Below are positions 55,864 to 64,000 of a stretch of DNA of 64,000 nt, one piece after another (the stretch's first letter is position 1; each line of letters begins with the position of its first letter). The translations under genes were made by a program, and so were the position numbers. Where the stretch lies: contig JAZKBV010000002.1 in NCBI GenBank assembly GCA_040388415.1, positions 63,383-127,382 of the forward strand, written 5' to 3'. Below the pieces are notes generated by a model that was not told where the DNA came from, did not search any database, and saw nothing but the letters and a program-made list of their open reading frames with translations. The stretch comes from Patescibacteria group bacterium (lineage in GTDB: Bacteria > Patescibacteriota > Minisyncoccia > Phycocordibacterales > PALSA-1337).

Positions 55864-57342
55864 TTAGGACACATGGTGTTTTCTCCTTATTTCTTCTATG
55901 TCTTTTTTATCTTCCTCTTCTTTCTTTTCCTTCCCAATCTCGCCAATTTCTTTTAATTTTTCATCAGAAAGCTGTGAAAGTTCTATCGCTTTCTTTTCTA
56001 AATATTCTACGGTGTTTAGTTTTGGATCTTCGATAACTTCATTGAAGAGGGCATGGAGAACGTGACCAATCTTTGCACTTGGTGGAATGTTACACACTTC
56101 CATGACTCTTTTACCATCAATCTTGAGCATGGCGAGTGAAATAGGGTCACGGAGGGCCTCTTCTATCATGGCGTGGTACTTACGCAGGCGATAGGGGTCT
56201 TCTTTTGGTCTACCGGTGCCTATACGGTCACAGATGCGTAGATTCATGAGCTCCCAGATGTTTTCACGTCCCACATTGACGATCATGCGCCTGACAGCAG
56301 ATAGGGTTATTTGCTCAGTATCAGAGAAAAACATGTGCCAACGTATGAGTTTAGTCACTTTTTCAATTGTTTTCACGGGAAACTTTAAACGAGTGAGTAT
56401 CTTACGTGTTTCACGTGAACCAATTACCTCATGACCATAGAAGGTGATTATGCCTGTTTCACGTGAAAGACCCTTTGTTTTAGGCTTAGAAATGTCATGA
56501 AATAGGGCAGAAAGGCGTATATCGAGGTCCCAACCCTTGTCTGCGGCATGTTGAAGACTACGCAAAAGGTGCTCCCAGACATCGAATGCATGTGCCTGAT
56601 TCTGTCCAACACCTATTGCAACCTGAAGTTCAGGGGCAATGTGATCCAAAAGCTTTGTTTCATTAAGTATCTCAATCCCTTTCTTTGGCTGGGGTGACAT
56701 AATAAGCTTGGCGAATTCATCACGGATACGCTCAGTCGATATGTCTTTGAGGTTCTTATTAAGGCTCTGTATAGCCTTGAAAGTCTCAGGTTCAATAGTA
56801 AAGTCGAGTTCTACAGACAAACGGACAGCGCGCATCATACGCAGAGCGTCCTCACCAAATCTAGCGCTAGGATCACCGACTGTTCTTATGATTTTGTCCT
56901 TTATATCGGACAATCCACCAAATAGGTCAACCATGTCTTTTATGGCACCACCTGAAAGGGAAAGGGCAATGGCGTTAATGGTGAAGTCACGTCTTTGAAG
57001 GTCGTCCTCAAGCTTATCACTGAACTTTACATGATCAGGGTGACGATGATCAGTGTAGTCTGACTCGAGGCGATATGGTGTAACTTCGACATTGCGGAGG
57101 GTAGGATCCTCAGTTGTTTCGTTTATGACGGCCACCGTGCCGTATATGTTTTCATAGACAGTTTTAGGGAAGAGGGCTTGTATCTGCTCTGGAGTGGCAT
57201 TTGTCGTGATATCCCAGTCTTTTGGGGCTCTACCGAGGAAAATATCACGCGCACAGCCACCCACGAGATAGGCTTGAAAGCCTGTTTTCTCAAGAGTTTC
57301 AACAACCGAGATTATTTCTACAGGAATAGGGGAGTTCTTCAT
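55864..57342 (-). CDS. cca: CCA-adding tRNA nucleotidyltransferase with HD domain
   Basis: LVGGCARDIFLGRAPKDWDITT is the pol-beta-like head domain. HD-domain residues follow (HDISKP). Confidence 0.85.
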   Translation of the reverse strand: MKNSPIPVEIISVVETLEKTGFQAYLVGGCARDIFLGRAPKDWDITTNATPEQIQALFPKTVYENIYGTVAVINETTEDPTLRNVEVTPYRLESDYTDHRHPDHVKFSDKLEDDLQRRDFTINAIALSLSGGAIKDMVDLFGGLSDIKDKIIRTVGDPSARFGEDALRMMRAVRLSVELDFTIEPETFKAIQSLNKNLKDISTERIRDEFAKLIMSPQPKKGIEILNETKLLDHIAPELQVAIGVGQNQAHAFDVWEHLLRSLQHAADKGWDLDIRLSALFHDISKPKTKGLSRETGIITFYGHEVIGSRETRKILTRLKFPVKTIEKVTKLIRWHMFFSDTEQITLSAVRRMIVNVGRENIWELMNLRICDRIGTGRPKEDPYRLRKYHAMIEEALRDPISLAMLKIDGKRVMEVCNIPPSAKIGHVLHALFNEVIEDPKLNTVEYLEKKAIELSQLSDEKLKEIGEIGKEKKEEEDKKDIEEIRRKHHVS

Positions 57343-57435
57343 GGTTTAAGTGATTTACTTGCTTGTCTGGTCGAAAATTTCTTTAGGCTACGCCAAAAGA
57401 AATCTTTCGATCCAAATTTTGCAGTGCAAAATTTG

Positions 57436-57507
57436 TGCACCCGGAGGGACTCGAACCCCCAAAGACAGTTCCGAAGACTGTTGTGATATCCATTTCACCA
57501 CGGGTGC
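57436..57507 (-). tRNA. tRNA-Arg (anticodon TCG); CCA not encoded
   Basis: Acceptor GCACCCG/CGGGTGC, anticodon stem ACAGT/ACTGT with loop CTTCGGA, T-arm GGGGG-TTCGAGT-CCCTC. Confidence 0.8.
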
Positions 57508-57585
57508 GCTGGTAATAACGTGATAGTAGCACAGAAGTTTTGATTTTAATAATGAATCATGTATACTGGTTTTGTTCGATTTTCT

Positions 57586-57656
57586 GCGGGTATAGTTTAA
57601 TGGTAGGACGCGTCCTTGCCAAGGACGAGTTGGGAGTTCGATTCTCCCTACCCGCA
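57586..57656 (+). tRNA. tRNA-Gly (anticodon GCC); CCA not encoded
   Basis: Acceptor GCGGGTA/TACCCGC, anticodon stem CGTCC/GGACG with loop TTGCCAA, T-arm GGGAG-TTCGATT-CTCCC. A short D-loop gives 71 nt. Confidence 0.8.
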
Positions 57657-57692
57657 CTACGAATACGAGGTTATTACAAAAGTTTAGAGGGA

Positions 57693-57718
57693 AACGAGTC
57701 ACATGTGTGACTCGTTTG
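57693..57718 (+). terminator. possible terminator hairpin after tRNA-Gly
   Basis: AAACGAGTCACA-tg-TGTGACTCGTTT perfect palindrome followed by TTT. Confidence 0.35.
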
Positions 57719-57827
57719 GGAGAATCGAAAAGGCTGAGTATATCGCACGGAGCGAAGCGAGTACGATACGAAGCCTGTACTGCGCTCGTAGAGCGAGATT
57801 CTCCGTTATTAGCCAGCCCTCTTGTCC

Positions 57828-57961
57828 TTATCCACGAGTCCTTTTATTTAATGGCTCAAAATATGGAGTTTCACGTGAAAACTGTGGATAACTATGGGGA
57901 ATGTGTTCATAAAAGACAGATAAAACGGCTTAAAATCGTAAATTTCACCCATTTATCCACG
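57828..57961. promoter_or_regulatory. cluster of three near-consensus DnaA boxes in an AT-rich intergenic region
   Basis: TTATCCACG (57828-36), TGTGGATAA (57883-91; a perfect consensus box on the minus strand), and TTATCCACG (57953-61), all within 134 bp. Surrounding AT-rich tracts. Lies upstream of yraN. Confidence 0.45.
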
Positions 57962-58063
57962 TCTTTGATTCGGCACAGCCTTGTTAAGCCATTTATAAAT
58001 ATCACTCATTTAAAAGTCAGTTGAAACGTGTGATAACTTATTAAGTTCTTGCTTTTGCGCCAC

Positions 58064-58438
58064 ATGATCAATAAAAAAGAAAAAGGGAATACGGGTGAAG
58101 AAATTGCCTGCCAGTTTTTGAGAAAAAACGGCTTCATTATTGTTGATAGAAATTATTATAAAAAATGGGGCGAGTTGGATATTGTTGCCAAGAAGGGGAA
58201 TGCATTGCATTTTTTTGAAGTAAAAAGCGTCACAAGAAGTTTTGTCTCAGAGTCTTTTAGACCGGAAGAAAATGTGACGCCATTCAAAGTAAAGCAATTG
58301 CGCAAAATCATACAAACCTATCTCACCGATAAAGGTTCAGGGCTAGATGCTGAGTTCAGTTTTCATATCCTCTGTGTGTTTATGGATGAAAAAACGCGTT
58401 TGGCCCGCGTTCAATGGATAAAGAATGTTATTTTATAA
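58064..58438 (+). CDS. yraN: YraN-family (UPF0102) predicted endonuclease
   Basis: GNTGEEIACQFLRKNGFIIVDRNYYKKWGELDIVAKKGNALHFFEVKS is the YraN consensus (GxxGE..A...L...G..I..RN.R...GEIDIVA). Tracked TTG start at 58049. Confidence 0.7.
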   Translation: MINKKEKGNTGEEIACQFLRKNGFIIVDRNYYKKWGELDIVAKKGNALHFFEVKSVTRSFVSESFRPEENVTPFKVKQLRKIIQTYLTDKGSGLDAEFSFHILCVFMDEKTRLARVQWIKNVIL

Positions 58439-58494
58439 AGATATATGCTAGGATATTTGGACGCTAGCAGGCAGTAAATTGAATTTGTACATAA

Positions 58495-58567
58495 CGGAGC
58501 GTGGTGTAACGGCTAACATCCCTCTTTTGGGAAGAGGTGACTCCGGGTTCGAATCCCGGCGCTCCGA
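58495..58567 (+). tRNA. tRNA-Pro (anticodon TGG); CCA not encoded
   Basis: C1-G72 acceptor CGGAGCG/CGCTCCG, typical of tRNA-Pro. Anticodon stem CCTCT/AGAGG with loop TTTGGGA. T-arm CCGGG-TTCGAAT-CCCGG. Confidence 0.8.
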
Positions 58568-58578
58568 CACTTAATATT

Positions 58579-59034
58579 ATGAACCAAGATAAACCGGGTT
58601 TCATTAAAAAAACAATAGTATTCTTCGATAAGCTCGAGGATAAGGTCCGCGGACATTTGAGTCGCTATCCTATCCTCTATACTCTTATCGGAGGTGTAGC
58701 GATCGTTCTTTTCTGGCGTGGAGTATGGCACACGGCTGATATTCTTCAGGGTCAGGGAGGTTTGCTCGGCTTTATTTTCTATGAGCCGGTCAATCTCGTT
58801 ATAACGGCGGTAATTTTGCTCATGACTGGTTTGTTCGTATCATACTTTATTGGTGACACTATCCTCATCAGCGGTATTCGTCGTCAGAAAAAGGTAACAG
58901 ATAAAACTGAGAAGGATGTCAAAGAAGAAGAGGAGGAATTGAACAAGATTCGCTCAACGATCAGTGAGATGAAAAAAGAAGTCGATGAGATAAAGGATAT
59001 CGTTGTTGAGGAACACAAGGCGCATCATCAGTAA
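58579..59034 (+). CDS. hypothetical membrane protein (two TM helices, Glu/Lys-rich coiled-coil C-terminus)
   Basis: ATG 12 nt after tRNA-Pro. ILYTLIGGVAIVLFWRGVW and LVITAVILLMTGLFVSYFIG helices. The tracked ORF starts at GTG inside the tRNA. Confidence 0.5.
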   Translation: MNQDKPGFIKKTIVFFDKLEDKVRGHLSRYPILYTLIGGVAIVLFWRGVWHTADILQGQGGLLGFIFYEPVNLVITAVILLMTGLFVSYFIGDTILISGIRRQKKVTDKTEKDVKEEEEELNKIRSTISEMKKEVDEIKDIVVEEHKAHHQ

Positions 59035-59088
59035 GATGTACGTGTGTCAATTTTCAAATTGATGATAATCTGCTAGGATAGGACAACT

Positions 59089-59162
59089 GCGGGACTAGTT
59101 AAGTGGTATAACAACAGTTTTCCAAACTGTGGTTGGGAGTTCGATTCTCCCGTCCCGCACCA
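59089..59162 (+). tRNA. tRNA-Gly (anticodon TCC) with encoded CCA
   Basis: Acceptor GCGGGAC/GTCCCGC, anticodon stem ACAGT/ACTGT with loop TTTCCAA, T-arm GGGAG-TTCGATT-CTCCC. Ends ...GCACCA immediately followed by ATG. Confidence 0.8.
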
Positions 59163-60737
59163 ATGAAAATATTTTACGGCATTGTGTCGTTTTTGGCTGG
59201 ATTCTCTATCATGACGGTTGAGCTCATCTCATCCAGAATCGTTGCCCCTTTGATCGGTAACTCGGTGTTCACGTGGACATCAGTGATCGGCGTCACACTC
59301 CTCGGTCTTTCAGTAGGGAGCTGGTTCGGCGGTAAGTTGGCTGATATTGCAGAAGAAAAAAAATGGCACCATGCTCTGCCCACCGTATTTATTGTCTCCG
59401 CATTTTTCGTATCAGTCATCCCTGGTCTCGCACATGGATTTGCACATGTTCTTGATTCGTCCGTATCAATAGAGTGGTTGAATGTCATTCTTGCCATGGG
59501 ATTGTTTTTTCTTCCAGCAACAGCGATTGGTATGATCCAGCCAATGATATTAAAGAAATTTGCGATTGATTTCACGAAAATAGGGAAGGAGTACGGTTCA
59601 CTCTCAGCCTTGTGGTCACTAGGTAGTATCATTGGTGTTTTCTTAACTGGTTTCGTATTCATTTCAACTATCGGTAGCAGTGAGACTATATATACTGTTG
59701 CGGGTCTTTTGTTGCTCGTAGGGTTGGTGTTGATCGTAATCGTATATCGCAGTGAACGAAAGGATTTTTCCAGTAAAAAGATAATCGGCCTTGTCCTATT
59801 TCTTGGAGTGCTGAGCGTATCATCTGTGTACGCAGAAAATCATACAAAATCAATCTCAGTTGCTCTGTATGATAAAGAGACTGACTATTTCCATGTTCGC
59901 GTATTAGATAAGTATCTCAATGGCTTTGGCGATTCAAGGCTGTTATTTCTTGATTTTGATTCTCATAGCATTGATTCAAAGCAGATCAGTGCCATTTTTT
60001 ATCCTGAAATGTACCCCGTCTTCAAATTTCTCAAAAAAGATCTTTCAAGCACGGTCTTCATAGGAGCAGGAGCGTATACGATGCCGAAGTCATTCAAAAA
60101 AGCCTATGCAAGCAGCACAGTATCAGTCATTGAGCTTGATCCTGCGGTTGAGCAGATCGGAAAAGATTATTTCAATCTCGGTGACTACGATATAAAAACA
60201 ATTGCCGGTGATGCGCGTCTGACCATCAGTCGTTCCACAAAAAAATACGATCTTATTTTCAATGATGCATTCAATTCGTTCATATCAGTTCCTTGGTATT
60301 TGATAACAAAGGAGTGGGACCTGCAGGCCAAGAGCAAACTGAACCCAGGAGGCATATACGCAGTTAACTTCATCGGTTCACTGAAAGGCGATAAATCTCT
60401 CTTCACTCAAAGCGTCACATCTACATTCGCTGAAGTGTTTCCTAATTACTACATTTTTACTTTCGGCACTGATCCAACAGGAATACAAAACATAGTTCTT
60501 GTCGGCATCAATGGTGATGCGCCGGTGGCAGAAGAAAAGCTTAAAGATCTTCTTGTGAAAGATAAGACAGCCCCAGGCCACGTATTTTTGGCAGATCGAT
60601 TATTTGTCGGTGATAAGTCATTTTTGCAAAGCAGTGATGTCTTGACCGATGATTTTGCGCCAACTGAAAAGCTCATGAAGCCGATCGTAGAATCATATTT
60701 CCCTGAATACCTAGAATGGGTCAAGACGACATGGTAG
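59163..60737 (+). CDS. fused polytopic membrane domain + spermidine synthase-like (class I SAM methyltransferase fold) protein
   Basis: N-terminal ~200 aa with 6 or more TM helices. C-terminal VFIGAGAYTMPKSF...VIELDPAV...GDARL...YDLIFNDAFNSFISVPWYLITKEW...GGIYAVNF matches spermidine synthase/aminopropyltransferase motifs. The start codon abuts the tRNA-Gly CCA. Confidence 0.7.
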   Translation: MKIFYGIVSFLAGFSIMTVELISSRIVAPLIGNSVFTWTSVIGVTLLGLSVGSWFGGKLADIAEEKKWHHALPTVFIVSAFFVSVIPGLAHGFAHVLDSSVSIEWLNVILAMGLFFLPATAIGMIQPMILKKFAIDFTKIGKEYGSLSALWSLGSIIGVFLTGFVFISTIGSSETIYTVAGLLLLVGLVLIVIVYRSERKDFSSKKIIGLVLFLGVLSVSSVYAENHTKSISVALYDKETDYFHVRVLDKYLNGFGDSRLLFLDFDSHSIDSKQISAIFYPEMYPVFKFLKKDLSSTVFIGAGAYTMPKSFKKAYASSTVSVIELDPAVEQIGKDYFNLGDYDIKTIAGDARLTISRSTKKYDLIFNDAFNSFISVPWYLITKEWDLQAKSKLNPGGIYAVNFIGSLKGDKSLFTQSVTSTFAEVFPNYYIFTFGTDPTGIQNIVLVGINGDAPVAEEKLKDLLVKDKTAPGHVFLADRLFVGDKSFLQSSDVLTDDFAPTEKLMKPIVESYFPEYLEWVKTTW

Positions 60738-60780
60738 TATGAAACTAAGATTTAGTTTTACTAAGTAATCACGCATAATT

Positions 60781-61350
60781 ATGAAAAGACTTTTTATCGT
60801 TCATGGATGGGATGGAAGTTCAAAAGAACCTATGATTGCATGGGTAGGGAAAGTCGGCAGTGAGCTAGGTTTTGAAACAACAGTTCTCGATATGCCGAAC
60901 ACTGGCGTGCCGACAATAGATGCGTGGACAAAACATTTGGAGGACAATGTGTATTATGTTGATCAAGATACCTATTTTGTCGGTCATAGTCTCGGTTGCC
61001 AAGCCATCCTGCGCTATTTGGAGATGAATAAGGGGTCAACCTTGGGTGGAGTTGTGTTGATTGCGCCAGCATTTGTTATTGCTGATTTGGAGACTCAAGA
61101 AGATAAGGATATTGCTCGCCCATGGGTTGATAGGCCTATCGATTTCACTAGTATTCGAAATATGAACGGAAAGTTTGTGACGATATTTTCTGATAATGAT
61201 GCGTCGGTACCACTTGAAGCCAATAAAGAAATAATCGAAAAGGGTTTGGCGGGAAAGATTGTTGTTGAGCAAGGTAAAGGGCATTTTACACAAGAAGATG
61301 GAGTGACTGAATTACTTGTTGTGAAAGAGGTTTTGGAGGGGTGGAAGTAA
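60781..61350 (+). CDS. alpha/beta hydrolase, YdeN/RBBP9-like serine hydrolase family
   Basis: 189 aa. LFIVHGWDGS, a GHSLG nucleophile elbow, and C-terminal Asp/His candidates (FSDNDASVP, GKGHF). Confidence 0.65.
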   Translation: MKRLFIVHGWDGSSKEPMIAWVGKVGSELGFETTVLDMPNTGVPTIDAWTKHLEDNVYYVDQDTYFVGHSLGCQAILRYLEMNKGSTLGGVVLIAPAFVIADLETQEDKDIARPWVDRPIDFTSIRNMNGKFVTIFSDNDASVPLEANKEIIEKGLAGKIVVEQGKGHFTQEDGVTELLVVKEVLEGWK

Positions 61351-61383
61351 TATTCACTTAGAACTTTTAATCATATAAAACAA

Positions 61384-61408
61384 AAACCACCTATTAAGGT
61401 GGTTTTTG
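61384..61408. terminator. bidirectional rho-independent terminator
   Basis: AAACCACCT-atta-AGGTGGTTT with a flanking A-run and T-run. Lies between the convergent hydrolase and hup genes. Confidence 0.65.
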
Positions 61409-61470
61409 AATCTCTGTACAAGGGCCGATATTCCTTATAGTGGAGAAAGGGGAGTTAAATGGCCAGAAGC

Positions 61471-61743
61471 TTATTTAACTGCGTCCTTGAGAGCCTTTGC
61501 TGCGCGGAACTTTGGAACCTTCATAGCAGGGACCTTGATAGCCTCACCTGTACGAGGGTTACGAGCCTCACGAGCTGCACGCTGCTTGACTGAGAAGATG
61601 CCAAGACCTGCGATTGAGACCTCATCGCCCTTCTTGAGAGAGTCGATGATACTGTTAATCATAGTCTCAACAGCTTGCTCTGCCTGAACTTTCGTTCCGC
61701 CGAGGATACCGTGGACTGCCTCTACAATACTTGCTTTGTTCAT
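61471..61743 (-). CDS. hup: DNA-binding protein HU
   Basis: MNKASIVEAVHG...VSIAGLGIFSVKQRAAREARNPRTGEAIKVPAMKVPKFRAAKALKDAV is the HU/IHF family signature (GFGxF...RNPxTGE). Confidence 0.9.
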   Translation of the reverse strand: MNKASIVEAVHGILGGTKVQAEQAVETMINSIIDSLKKGDEVSIAGLGIFSVKQRAAREARNPRTGEAIKVPAMKVPKFRAAKALKDAVK

Positions 61744-61986
61744 ATTTATTGAATTTAGCTAATAATCTGGTCTCAACCCACCCGCTTAACGAGCGGATCG
61801 AGTCTAGGGCCATGGGTACATTATATAGTAAGCCATATTTTGGGCAATAGGGTAGGCAATATTGAAAATACTCGCAACTTATGGTTTAATTATGATTGTA
61901 TTCACGATGCGGACATAAAAAGGTGAGGCTAGACCTTCTTTTGTTACATTTTTTCTCATTAACAATTTAGTTATTTTTTCAAAAAA

Positions 61987-62436
61987 ATGAAAAAAATCCT
62001 AGTTATCTTGTTACCTGTGCTTTTTATTGCTTCGAGTGTGCATGCTTCTGTCACCATATCACCATTGGTTATATCGCAACCAAGTGATGTTATAACATTC
62101 ACTAATACTGATCCTGGTGTTGAGGCTTGGACGGGCTATAGTTCTGGCGTTTATTTTGACAGCAGTACAAATGCCGTTTTTAAGTTAGCGGTTTCATGTG
62201 CTGATGATGAAGGAACTATCCCAGCCGGTGCAGACCAATGTCTTTACAGTAATTCAACTGCTGCAGACGATATGCAGGGCATCAACCTTAACTTTTATGA
62301 TGTACCAGATTTTGATATATATGCAGATATCTGTTCTGGCGGAGAAAGCTCAGGAAGTGGCTGTACAGACGTGATTCGAAACGTATACGGCGATGAAGTC
62401 GTTTTTCTACCAATGGTAACCTACTCTGCTGAGTAG
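61987..62436 (+). CDS. hypothetical secreted protein
   Basis: MKKILVILLPVLFIASSVHA signal peptide. 149 aa, acidic, Cys-containing. Confidence 0.5.
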   Translation: MKKILVILLPVLFIASSVHASVTISPLVISQPSDVITFTNTDPGVEAWTGYSSGVYFDSSTNAVFKLAVSCADDEGTIPAGADQCLYSNSTAADDMQGINLNFYDVPDFDIYADICSGGESSGSGCTDVIRNVYGDEVVFLPMVTYSAE

Positions 62437-62507
62437 TATATGTGAGCGATGTGACAAACAACCGCCCTATCGGGTGGTTGTTTTATTTTTTATTGTATAC
62501 TTACTGC

Positions 62508-63086
62508 ATGAAATCAAAAATAACCCTATTTATCACTGGTGCGTCAGTCATGATTTTACAAATTATTGGTGTACGTATTCTGGCAACACAACTCGGCACA
62601 ACGGTTGCTGTATGGTCATGTATGATTGCGGTGACCATTACTGCGCTTGCCGTAGGGTATTATCTTGGTGGCTTCTACGCCGACAAAGGCGCACATCAAA
62701 AGACGAGAGCGTTATTTGTTGCTGGAGCGGGTATAGCTGTCTTGCTCATTATTCCATTGAAAGAGGTGGTTTTTATGATCGGTTCATCATGGCCGTATGG
62801 GGTACGCGCAACTATCGTTTCATTTTTGCTTTTTGTTGTCCCAACTGTTCTCCTTGCCATGACAACAACTTATACGACTCGTATGGAGCTCGACGTTGTT
62901 TCAAAGGCAGGTTCGAATAGTGGCACACTGTATGCTATATCAACGCTCGGCAGTATCGTTGGCGTCTTCGGTACGAGCTTTCTCCTCATTCCTTCTTTTG
63001 GTGTAGTGAGCATTCTGTGCGCTGTGGCCGGCACGCTTATTGTCACAGCGGTAGCTGGTTATCTTACATCGTCGGTATATCGATAA
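62508..63086 (+). CDS. polytopic membrane protein paralogous to the N-terminal domain of the fused spermidine-synthase-like gene
   Basis: ITLFITGASVMILQIIGVRILATQLGTTVAVWSCMIAVTITALAVGYYLGGFYADKGAHQK aligns with IVSFLAGFSIMTVELISSRIVAPLIGNSVFTWTSVIGVTLLGLSVGSWFGGKLADIAEEKK of 59163-60737. The tracked ORF starts at 62442. Confidence 0.5.
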   Translation: MKSKITLFITGASVMILQIIGVRILATQLGTTVAVWSCMIAVTITALAVGYYLGGFYADKGAHQKTRALFVAGAGIAVLLIIPLKEVVFMIGSSWPYGVRATIVSFLLFVVPTVLLAMTTTYTTRMELDVVSKAGSNSGTLYAISTLGSIVGVFGTSFLLIPSFGVVSILCAVAGTLIVTAVAGYLTSSVYR

Positions 63087-64000
63087 GTTTGTTGATGAAA
63101 TAATCAACAGGGGCAAAATCGTCAGTCAGGATAGGTGTTCCGGGCTCAAGGTGAGGTGTCCATTCATGCTTGAGCTGATCATTTATCTCTGGGTTGTCAT
63201 TTGGGAACGTACGAGGCGAATCAGTCGACTTGAAAGCGACGATAATGATGCTTTGGACTATCGTTTCATTTTTCGGGTCAGTCACACCATAGGCCTTTAA
63301 ATGAGGAAATACTTGAGAGAGTGTCTTGTACTCGGCTTGGAATGACTTTCCCATGGTTCCGCCAAGAGCAGAAGGGATATTGAATACGACAACGCCATTT
63401 GGATTCAAAATATCGTATAGTTTTTGTGCGGACTCCTTTGTGGAAAGCTGGAATGGCACTGAGTAGAAGCTTCTAAATGCATCCACATAAATGATGTCAT
63501 ATTTATTTTTGGTGTCATTGATATAGGTGCGTCCATCTTCGTGGTAAATATGCAGACGCGGATCGTCGACGATAAGGCCAAAGTATTTCTTTGCGAGCTC
63601 TGTTGTCATCGGATCAATCTCTACAACGTCGAGCTTCTGCATATTTTCATACCCATCAGTCTCAATAGGATCAAAACGATGATTGCAGTTGTCGCGATGA
63701 AGCATGACGTACACGGTTTCGCCGTTCTTTGGTGCGCGATCGAGCTTTACTTCGACGTCTTTGTTCGATCCAGCTATCTCGTCGCTATGTCCGATGATGC
63801 CACGAGGCTCATGTAGATAGTAGTTGCTGCTAATGACTTCTCCGGGTTTTCCATCCTCTTTTGTTTCGTGTACATGCACATATCCAGTTTCACAAGGCAT
63901 GCCAGTCTCATTGATCTCCGCTTTGTCTACAAGAACTTCTGCGTTAGGGACTTGGTTCTGGGCGTCGATAAAATTTTTAGTTCCTTCGATCTCAGCGCCG
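63064..64000 (-). CDS. spermidine synthase-like protein (5' end beyond window; frame open upstream of the first ATG)
   Basis: YDIIYVDAFRSFYSVPFQLSTKESAQKLYDILNPNGVVVFNI is paralogous to the C-terminal domain of 59163-60737. The reading frame stays open from 63901 to 64000, so the N-terminus likely lies outside the window. Confidence 0.6.
   Translation of the reverse strand, partial: GAEIEGTKNFIDAQNQVPNAEVLVDKAEINETGMPCETGYVHVHETKEDGKPGEVISSNYYLHEPRGIIGHSDEIAGSNKDVEVKLDRAPKNGETVYVMLHRDNCNHRFDPIETDGYENMQKLDVVEIDPMTTELAKKYFGLIVDDPRLHIYHEDGRTYINDTKNKYDIIYVDAFRSFYSVPFQLSTKESAQKLYDILNPNGVVVFNIPSALGGTMGKSFQAEYKTLSQVFPHLKAYGVTDPKNETIVQSIIIVAFKSTDSPRTFPNDNPEINDQLKHEWTPHLEPGTPILTDDFAPVDYFINKLIDIPTM

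Noticed and set aside
57707-58024. 105-aa ORF overlapping the DnaA-box cluster upstream of yraN
   Set aside because: No motifs and an AT-rich intergenic-like composition. The region is better explained as regulatory DNA.
1-64000. CRISPR arrays, rRNA genes, IS elements and transposases
   Set aside because: No evenly spaced direct repeats, no rRNA-like conserved stretches, and no transposase or integrase-like ORFs other than the XerC/D-type recombinase were seen.

Overview
This 64-kb window looks like an origin-proximal stretch of a small, AT-rich bacterial chromosome read with the standard genetic code. The gene content fits a CPR/Patescibacteria-like episymbiont, though that placement is my inference. 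That content is many small secreted or membrane hypotheticals, no biosynthetic genes, tRNA genes without encoded CCA, a type IV pilus ATPase, and closely spaced genes with apparently leaderless starts. Recognisable core genes are truB, rpsT, ruvA, murE-like, an amidase, mutM, trmH-family, holA-like, polA, tsaE, pilB/gspE-like, ruvB, yebC, ruvC, PBP1A, dnaN, dnaA, rpmH, rnpA, yidC, rsmA, pcrA/uvrD, LysM-M23 peptidase, comM/yifB, dksA/traR-like, pnp, rpsO, xerD-like, xth, cca, yraN, hup, two spermidine-synthase-like genes, and seven tRNAs or tRNA pieces. The most striking feature is a 13-kb run of 11 tightly packed same-strand genes (26840-39767). It encodes a VirB4-like ATPase split over two ORFs, a PrgI/VirB3-like protein, a large VirB6/TrbL-like membrane protein with a long charged coiled-coil tail, and several secreted or membrane proteins. 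No relaxase, coupling protein or integrase is present. I read it as a chromosomal Gram-positive-type type IV secretion-like apparatus rather than a conjugative element. Other notable points are: leaderless promoter architecture (a -10 box 6-7 nt before ATG) at many genes; DnaA-box clusters on both sides of dnaA and a second cluster 33 kb away; a GC-rich structured ~280-nt segment upstream of rpsO; a long-range inverted-repeat element between pilB and ruvB; a duplicated tRNA 3' fragment; and a small islet (ORF6N, NYN, Zn-ribbon, kinase-like) interrupting the usual rpsO-pnp linkage. I saw no rRNA genes, CRISPR arrays or transposases.
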